From: the human T2T-CHM13v2.0 reference genome, Homo sapiens
NCBI RefSeq assembly: GCF_009914755.1
Contig: NC_060926.1
Length of the DNA: 64,000 nt
Reading direction: 5' to 3' (one strand)
In this document: positions 55,464 to 64,000 of the stretch, piece after piece
Numbering within the stretch: position 1 is the first letter of the stretch
How the letters are laid out: each line of letters opens with the position of its first letter
The notes under the pieces: model-generated
What the model was told of the DNA's origin: nothing
Database searches by the model: none
Seen by the model: the letters and a program-made list of their open reading frames with translations, nothing else
Program-made: the position numbers and the translations under genes

Positions 55464-58278
55464 TCCAGTTTCAAGTTTCGTTTATAAATCTTTCCTTGTT
55501 TACATTCTTTCTTAAAGGCTAACAACTGTAATTATAATATCTCTGTTAAATTAAAATAATCTTTGGGAACATCAAACATGTAATAGGTAATATCTTTAGG
55601 GGTCACTGATGTGTGTTCAACTTTCCAGTTGTGCTACAATAATTGGACCTATATGAAAGGACTTTTCATTTTTTTTAAATTAATTTTCATAGTTTTGTTT
55701 TCCCTATTATTTATTATTATTGTTGCTATTGGTGTGCACGCCTGATTCTTGTAGCCAATTATATATCGGTATGCTCTAATCTGTTATGAGTCGGGAGACT
55801 AGAGGACCAGGCTTTTTGTATTGGGTCTACAATGAGAATACCTAGGCTATAAACTACGTTATGACAGTGTATGATGAAATTAAGCTATCCTTTTTGTTTT
55901 CTCAGTACTTCTCAGTATTTAAAGTCATCAGAAAAAAATGACATTTGTTTAAATAAAAAGACACAATTGTAAGAATACCAGTTGGTTGTTGATATTTTAG
56001 GTTATTTCTTTAAAAATTATGATTGCCTGTTCTCTACATTAAAAGAACATTGCTGGGCAGAATAACTGGATTCAAGGTAATGTCTTTGTCTTCACATAGT
56101 CTTTACTCTCAAGTGACTCCAGTGAGTCAGCAAAACATGTGTGGGCTTCAGAAAGAACGATTCCACCATAATTTGCAAATTAGAACAGTGGGATATGCTA
56201 TGTACTACTTTCCAAGTCTGCACTTCACATATCATTTTAATGACCCATCAATAGAAAATACGTGTCATGATTTATCTTTCCAGTCATGGCAATTTAGGTA
56301 AAAGGTTGGAAAAATACCTATAAGAATAGTGGTATTAGAAAGGAACAGGGACAAAGATAAGCTAGGGTTACCTTTTGAAAAAAAATGGGGAGAATCTTGA
56401 CAAAAGATTACTGGGAAGCATCAAATTTCAAGTATTTAAATCTTTAAAATGCATCCTCATAGTTTCATATTGTCTTTTTTTTTCCTTTCTATGTACTCTC
56501 TGGACCAAACAGGGTATGTCTGTCTGAATAACTCCATGACTTACTCAGGTAATCGTATCAGAAAACTTTCTGGCAAAGTTTAGATTTAGGGGATCTATGG
56601 AGATTTCTGTATCCATAACCACTTTCTGCAATGCACACATCTTAATGCACATATCTAATGCAGTCAGTCACATTATCATTTTAGCTTTCTTTGTGAATGA
56701 GAAAAATTTCATTTCCCCTCCTGTTTGCAGATACATAAAGTGATAAATGTGATGGAATGCTTTGTTAGCACCCTGCCACATGGAATAGTCCTCCTGGTTT
56801 GACTCTATTTTCTCCTCTTCCTCTTATTTAAAACTTAAGTGATCTTCTTTGGTATAGTACTGGGTAGAATATCAATTTAAAAATAAAATAAATATAATAT
56901 TTTAAATGACGTTAATGCTGTTCTGCTGATATTACTTCCAAAATAAAAAAGTAGTCGGGACTAATCCTGCCAAGTTTCACTGTAAAATTAAGTATTACTG
57001 TCTTAATTATCTGTGCTAGTATGGAAAATAAATGGACTGCACACATGATTATGGTGATTAAGGATGTTGTATCATTCTCATTCACTTTTAGCCTATTTTT
57101 TTCTTTTACTTTTTGATAACTAAGAACCGAATACTTGTTTTTTTGTTGCTTTAAATCTGAGATTCTTAAATAATGCAGGCAAAAATAATCACTACTACCA
57201 ATACCAATCCACCTCCAGAAAATGGGTATTTCTGCCGTATGAACAACTAGAGAAGGTACACCTGCAAGCTTCCATCATAAACAACCAGGGAATGTAAAAG
57301 AGCAGCCTTTTTGTAGCAAAGCCATACTGTAACTGAAATAGCAATCGCCTTCCAGAGAACAAAGGCACTGCCATGAAAAGTCCAAGTATTTGCTCTTTGG
57401 CAACATTCCCCCAATTCTGCAGACATGTTTAGAAAGAATGCCTACACCTCCTATTCAGAAATTAAAAGGCAGCTCTTCTAAGCTTTGAAAGGTAATATTT
57501 GGGTTGTATCAGAGTCTGGCATTTTATTTCTTTGTTCTGCTTGGGATTTCATATTGACATACAAATCATTTAGTTTCTTTAAGTATTTTAAAGTAATGTC
57601 TTTAAAATACTCTTTAAGTAATTCTTTTAAGTGCTTTAAGTATTAAATGTATAAGATAGCTTTAGATGTGGGGATTAAAAGTGACATGAGAGGAAATTGT
57701 TATCATTTGAGAGGTTTTATTTAAACATCATGAACTCACATAGTATTCACTAAGACTTTTATTTTTAAGGTTCTCAAACCTATGCATTTAAAGAATAATT
57801 TTTAGCAATTTTCATAATATAATAAAAATTGATGTTATGTTTCCTTACACATGAGATTACTTCTTACAGGAACTCAAACGAGAAAGCAAATGACAACAAA
57901 AATACTTTCTTTCAGTAATCATGGAAGCACAGGGTTTTGGTAAGTTATCACACATAATTTAAAGAAAATCTGAGTGCAAAACAACCTTATTTTAAACTAT
58001 AATGTGGTCACTTTCTCCTCAGTTCTTGACTATGGCTTCCCCCATAGATTTTGATTTTCTTTCACTCATCATGTCCTATTTATTTGCAAGGTTAAATTTT
58101 ATAATAGTCTAAATTTTATTAACATTTAAAAATATGATTACCTCTCAGGATTATCATTATTACAATATCATTCTTAAATTACACCACACAGATTAGAAAA
58201 AGAATAATCTGGCACACAGAGTCAGATTGAGGTTCAGATTTTGACCTTAACACTTATATAATTTGTGGCCTCAGTTTT

Positions 58279-58828
58279 TGTGATGGTTAATATTGAGTGT
58301 CAACTTGACTGGATTGAAGGATGCAGAATAGTGCTCCTAGGTGTGTCTGCAAAGATGTTGCCAAAGGAGATTAACATTTGAGTCAGTGGAATGGGAGAAG
58401 CAGACCCACCTGCAATCTGGGTAGGCACCATCTAATCAGCTGCCAATGCAGCTAGAATAAAGCAGGCAGAAGAAGGTAGAAAGGGCAGACTTGCTGAGTC
58501 TTCCAGCTTTCATCCTTCTCCCATGCTGGTTGTTTCCTGCCCTCAAACATCAGACTCCTAGCTCTTCAGCTTCTGGACCCTTGGACATATACCAGTGGTT
58601 TGCCAGGGGGGTCTTGGGCCTTCAGCCACAGACTGAAAGCTGCACTGTTGGCTTCCCTACTTTTGAGATTTTGGGGCTCAGACTGGCTTCCTTGCTCCTC
58701 AGCTTGCAGATAGCCTATTGTGGGACTTCACCTTGTGATCCTGTGAGTCAATACTCCTTAATAAACTTCCCTTCATATACACATCTATCCTACTAGTTCT
58801 GTCCCCCTAGAGAACCATGACTAATACA
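58279..58828 (+). mobile_element. MLT2A (HERV-L) solo LTR inserted in a MIR remnant
   Basis: tgtgatggttaatattgagtgtcaacttgactggattgaagg...tctgtccccctagagaaccatgactaataca. Confidence 0.92.
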
Positions 58829-58899
58829 GTCTGCTTATATGTAAAATAGAAGTAATGACTAACCAAATTTTACTGAATGTCTAAAAGTTACTTAAAATG

Positions 58900-59331
58900 T
58901 GAAACCAGCCCAGTTGTCCAATAGAAATGATGTTTATAGATTTTAGAATAAACACAGAAATGGACCCTTTTGGTCTTGAAACTCGAAACTTGTATTTGTC
59001 TCATCTGACTTCCTTCCTCAGGAAGCTGACTCACAGGCAAGGGACTAAAACCACATCCAGAGAGTGAGATGTCAGACTCCTCATTCATTATTACTACTCC
59101 CGTACCCCTCCCTAATTTCTTTCAACACTGTAGTGACATTTCTTCTCCTGCTATATAAATACCCCAATTTTAGTTGCTCAGAGAGGTGAATGTGAGATTA
59201 TTCTTCTGTTCTCCCATTTGACATCACCCGAATAAAAAAGCTTTCTTTCCTGACAATACTTGTTGTCTCAGTGATTGGCTTCCTGTGCCAGTAGCAACGG
59301 GACCTGGACCAAATGTGGGGTTTCCATAACA
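58900..59331 (+). mobile_element. ERV1 solo LTR, MER39-like
   Basis: tgaaaccagcccagttgtccaatagaaatgatgtttat; tatataaa; aataaa; ends taaca. Confidence 0.75.
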
Positions 59332-59358
59332 ACTATAGCTTTTCTCCAACAGTATACA

Positions 59359-59523
59359 GGCCAGGTGTGGTGGCTCATGCCTAAAGCCCAGCACATTGAG
59401 AGGCCAAAACAGGAGGATCTCTTGAGCCCAAGAGTTCAAGGCTGCAGTGAGCCATGATTATGTCACTGCAGTCTAGCCTGGGAAAGAGTGAGGCCGTGTC
59501 TCAATCAATCGATCAAAATAAAA
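59359..59523 (+). mobile_element. Alu monomer (FRAM-like or recombined AluJ)
   Basis: Single arm: left-arm-like start, right-arm end (aggctgcagtgagccatgat), A-rich tail. Confidence 0.85.
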
Positions 59524-59529
59524 TGGTAC

Positions 59530-60290
59530 ATATCATTTCCCTCTTCAAATCTATTACTTCTCCAAAATTTCTCTTTTAGTAAGGTACAAAACAGTCTACA
59601 TAGTTTTCCAAATAATAAATCAGAAGTCATAATTAATTCCTGGACCAAATTACCCCTGGACTGGGCCAATCTAAACATCCAGTCACCCAGGTCTGATAAT
59701 GTTCCACCTGGACACATCCTAAAAATCCCCTCCTCTTCCCTTCCTCCTCTGCCACCTCATAGTATGGGCCACAACTCTATTTCATGCAAACTGCTCTTTA
59801 CCCCCTTTACTGATCTGGCTGCCTCTAGCCTTGCTCCTCTCATATCCATTCTCCACTCTGCTGCCATAGTAATTCTAAAAATGCCTCCATGATTGTGTGA
59901 CTTTCCAGTTTAACACCCTTCAAATATTTCCCTTTGTTCTTGGAATAGAAACAGACTCCTTAAAGTGGTTCACAGGGCAGCCTATGATCTGGCCCTTCCT
60001 CCCCTTCCAGCTTATGTCTTGCATTCTTTGTCTCTGTTAGCTCCGTGGACTCCCCAAGCTATCTCTCCGATCTGTTCCTTTACCTGGAAGACTCTGGTAT
60101 CTTCTTTATCTGGCTAAATCTTACGCATATTCAGGTTTCTATTATCAATTCTTCCACAGGGTTTTTATGATGCCAACTTAGGCCTACATCACCCTGCATT
60201 CTCAAGAAACACTTATTAAATTACTTGTTACTTATAAAAATTACTTATAAAATTGTTTATTAAAAGTCACTCTTCCCCATTAGTATATGG
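59530..60290 (+). mobile_element. L2 fragment
   Basis: atccattctccactctgctgcc; ttaaagtggttcacagggcagcctatgatctggccct. Confidence 0.65.
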
Positions 60291-61147
60291 GGATAAATAT
60301 GATGGCAGCTGAGAGAGAACAGAAGAGGGGAGAAAATCAGGATTTTGAGGCCGTGGCGTCTACAGAAAAAGCTGTGCAGTAACCTCCTTCCCCTCCTCCT
60401 CTTGCCCCACAGGGAAGAGTATTGCACCTGTCCTCATCTCAAATCCAGTGAGGGAGGTTTCCACTGTGCTATGTGGAGTATATGTGCTATGTAGGGAGTT
60501 TATTATATGACCTATGTAATAGGAGAGAAGTGGAAAAATATAGCATAACTCCCACCTAAGAAATTTGGAGAGTAAGAACAGGTTAATCATTTTTGTGGTG
60601 GAAAGAGCCTGCCTTCTCTCTGTGTCTGAGTAAAGCATGCATGAAGGTTTTTGCTGGAACAGATGTAGGCCACATAGGATAAAAAGAAGAGGTCTGGGAC
60701 CATTTTAAGTTCTGTTTCAGAAAACAACCTGGAAAGGAGAAGAATGCTTAAGAACCAAGATTGAGTGGAAAAAGCTACCAGCAAAACCAGGGCTGGAAGG
60801 ACTGGACAACCTGGGGAGTAGAAAAGAGTTTCTACTGGAAGAAAACTAGTGATGGGAATATTTGAAAAACTCAGGATAAAATGTGGTTTCTTCTAGCAGG
60901 TCCCAGGCCATCTTCACCAAAGAAACTCTTGTGCTTCCATTTTCTCTTCTTCCCTCTCCAGTGCCAATCCTAGAGTGCCAAAAGCTATAGGAAGTAAGCT
61001 GCGTGGGGAGAGCAGAAAAGGGACAAAAGCCATCAGATGCTTTTTCTGGAAGATGCTGGCTGCCAAACAGTGGCCTCAACTGTCAGAGAAGGAGAGGAAG
61101 TATTACCTTAGAATAAGGATGAAAGTATTGATTAATATTTTGGAGTC

Positions 61148-61157
61148 CAAGATGGCC
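61148..61157 (+). promoter_or_regulatory. YY1 site of the L1 internal promoter
   Basis: CAAGATGGCC at the canonical L1 5' position. Confidence 0.8.
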
Positions 61158-62142
61158 GAATAGGAACAGCTCGAGTCTACAGCTCCCAGCGTGAGCAATG
61201 CAGAAGATGGGTGATTTCTGCATTTCCAAATGAGGTATCAGGTTCATCTCACTGGGGCTTGTAGGACAGTGGGGGCAGGACAGTGGGTGCAGCCCACTGA
61301 GCGAGAGCCAAAGTAGGGTGAGGTATCTCCTCACCCGGGAAGCATAAAGGGTCAGGGAATTCCCTTTCCTAGCCAAGGGAAGCAGTGACGGACGGCACCT
61401 GGAAAATCGGGTCACTCCCACCCTAATACTGTGCTTTTCCAATGGTCTTAGCAAATGGCACACCAGGTTATATTCCGCACCTGGCTCAGAGGGTCCCACG
61501 CCCACAGAGCCTCACTCATTGCTAGCACAGCAGTCTGAGATCGATCTGCAAGGCAGCAGTGAGTCTGGGGAAGGGGTGCCCGCCATTGCTGAGGCTTGAG
61601 TAGGTAAACAAAGCGGCCAGGAAGCTCGAACTGGGTGGAGCCCATGACAGCTGAATGAGGCCTCCGTGCTTCTGTAGACTCCACCTCTGGGGGCAGGGCA
61701 TAGCCAAAAGGCAGACTTAAATGTCCCTGTCTGACAGCTTTGAAGAGAGTAGTGGTTCTCCCAACACAGAGTCTGAGATCTGAGAATGGATAGACAGCCC
61801 CCTCAAGTGGGTACATGACCCCCGAGTAGCCTAACTGGGAGGCACCCTCCAGTAGGGGCAGACTGACACCTCACACAGCCGGGTACCCCGCTGAGATGAA
61901 GCTTCCAGGGGAACAATCAGGCAGCAACGTCTGCTGTTCAGCAATATTTGCTGTTCTGCAGCCACCACTGCTGATACCCAGGCGAACAGGATTTGGAGTG
62001 GACCTCCAGCAAACTCCAAAAGACCTGCAGCTGAGGGTCCTGACTGTTAGAAGGAAAAATAACAAACAAAAAGGACATCCACACCAAAACCCCATCTGTA
62101 CGTCACCATCATCAAAGAACAAAGGTAGATAAAACCACAAAG

Positions 62143-63159
62143 ATGGGGAAAAAACAGAGGACAAAAGCCGAAAATTCTAAAAATTAGACCACCTCTCCCC
62201 GTCCAAAGGAGCGCAGCTCCTCACCAGCAATGGAACAAAGCTGGATGGAGAATGACTTTGACAAGTTGACAGAAGAAGGCTTCAGAAGATCAAACTTCTC
62301 TGAGCTAAGGGAGGAAGTCTGAACCCATCGCAAAGAAGCTAAAAACCTTGAAAAAAGATTAGACAAATGGGTAACTAGAATAACCAATGTAGAGAAGTCC
62401 TTAAATGACCTGATGGAGCTGAAAAACATGGCACGAGAACTACGTGACGAATACACAAGCTTCAGTAGCCGATTTGATCAACTGGAAGAAAGGGTATCAG
62501 TGATTGAAGATCAAATTAATGAAATGAAGTGAGAAGAGAAGTTTAGAGAAAAAAGAGTAAAAAGAAATGAACAAAGCCTCCAAGAAATATGGGACTATGT
62601 GAAAACACCAAATCTACATCTGATTGGTGTACCTGAAAGTGACGGGGAGAATGGAACCAAGTTGGAAAACACTCTGCAGGGTATTATCCAGGAGAACTTC
62701 CCCAACCTAGCAAGGCAGGCCAACATTCAAATTCAGGAAATAGAGAGAACACCACAAAGAGACTCCTCGAGAAGAGCAGCTCCAAGACACATAATTGTCA
62801 GATTCACCAAAGTTGAAATGAAGGAAAAAATGTTAAGGGCAGCCAGAGAGAAAGGTCGGGTTACCCATAAAGGGAAGCCCATCAGACTAACAGTGGATCT
62901 CTTGGCAGAAACTCTACAAGACAGAAGAGAGTGGAGACCAATATTCAACATTCTTAAAGAAAAGAATTTTCAACCCAGAATTTCATATCCAGCCAAACTG
63001 AGCTTCCTAAGTGAAGGAGAAATAAAGACCTTTATAGACAAGCAAATGCTGAGAGATTTTGTCACCACTAGGCCTGCCCTACAGGAGCTCTTGAAGGAAG
63101 CACTAAACATGGAAAGGAACAACTGGTATCAGCCACTGCAAAAACATGCCAAACTGTAA
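62143..63159 (+). pseudogene. L1 ORF1p, inactivated
   Basis: 1017 nt from ATG GGG AAA to TAA; in-frame stops at 62185, 62320 and 62530; C-terminal part open (RHIIVRFTKVEMKEKMLRAAREK, YPAKLS). Confidence 0.95.
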
Positions 63160-63222
63160 AGACCATAAATGCTAGGAAGAAATGGCATCAACTAATGAGC
63201 AAAATAACCAGCCAACATCATA

Positions 63223-64000
63223 ATGACAGGATCAAATTCACACATAACAATATTAACCTTAAGTGTAAATGGGCTAAATTCTCCAATTAAAAGACACAGA
63301 CTGGCAAATTGGATAAAGAGTCAAGACTCATCAGTGTGCTGCATTCAGGAGACCCATCTCACGTGCAGAGACACACATAGGCTCAAAATAAAGGGATGGA
63401 GGAAGATCTACCAAGCAAATGGAAAACAAAAAAAAGGCAGCGGTTGCAATCCTAGTCTTTGATAAAACAGACTTTAAACCAGCAAAGATCGAAAGAGACA
63501 AAGAAGAGCATTACATAATGGTAAAGGGATCAATTCAACAAGAAGAGCTAACTGTTCTAAATATATATGCACCCAATACAGGAGCACCCAGATTCATAAA
63601 GCAAGTCCTTACAGACCTAGAAACAGACTTAGACTCCCACACAATAATAATGGGAGACTTTAACACCGCACTGTCAACATTAGACAGATCAATGAGACAG
63701 AAAGTTAACAAGGGTAACCAGGAATTGAACTCAGCTCTGCACCAAGTGGACCTAGTAGGCATCTACAGAACTCTCCACCCCAAATCAACAGAATATACAT
63801 ACTTCTCAGCACCACATCACACTGATTCCAAAACTGACCACATAGTTGGAAGTAAAGCACTCCTCAGCAAATGTAAAAGAACAGAAATTATAACAAACTG
63901 TCTCTCAGACCACAGTGCAATCAAACTAGAACTCAGGATTAAGAAACTCCCTCAAAACTGCTCAACTACATGGAAACTGAACAACCTGCTCCTGAATGAC
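63223..64000 (+). pseudogene. L1 ORF2p endonuclease domain, frameshifted, partial
   Basis: MTGSNSHITILTLSVNGLNSPIKRHRL; extra A in the run 63428-63435 shifts the frame. Confidence 0.95.

Larger units (their letters stand above)
61142..64000 (+). mobile_element. L1PA5-like (L1PA4-6) element with complete 5' end, running off the window
   Basis: 5' UTR starting ccaagatggccgaataggaacagctc, then ORF1, spacer and ORF2 endonuclease domain. Confidence 0.97.

Noticed and set aside
57575-57645. Cluster of TTTAAGT motifs
   Set aside because: Irregular spacing in very AT-rich low-complexity DNA; compatible with slippage or chance.
59488-59892. 134-aa ORF
   Set aside because: It spans an Alu tail and L2 remnant; chance open frame.
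60295-61110. Purine-rich, GC-elevated segment with several short ORFs
   Set aside because: Probably an old LTR-type repeat; I cannot assign a family or find coding evidence.

Overview
AT-rich primate (human-like) non-coding DNA. It is dominated by interspersed repeats (Alu, L1PA, old L1M/L2/MIR, ERV and MaLR LTRs, hAT fragments) and ends in the 5' part of a dead L1PA5-like element (61142-64000). I recognise no cellular protein-coding gene, RNA gene or CpG island. The listed ORFs are repeat-derived or chance, apart from L1 ORF1/ORF2 remnants. The main result is a ~2.9 kb block (16712-19635) that looks like one L1-mediated retrocopy of a non-coding transcript on the - strand. It has a target-site duplication (TSD), a TT/AAAA site, a 5' truncation inside an Alu and a poly(A) tail added just after a MER11 LTR poly(A) signal. 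Its oppositely oriented Alus carry about 33 transcript-strand A>G changes, apparently ADAR A-to-I editing fixed in the genome. Repeat family names and consensus comparisons are from memory, and boundaries of old repeats are approximate.
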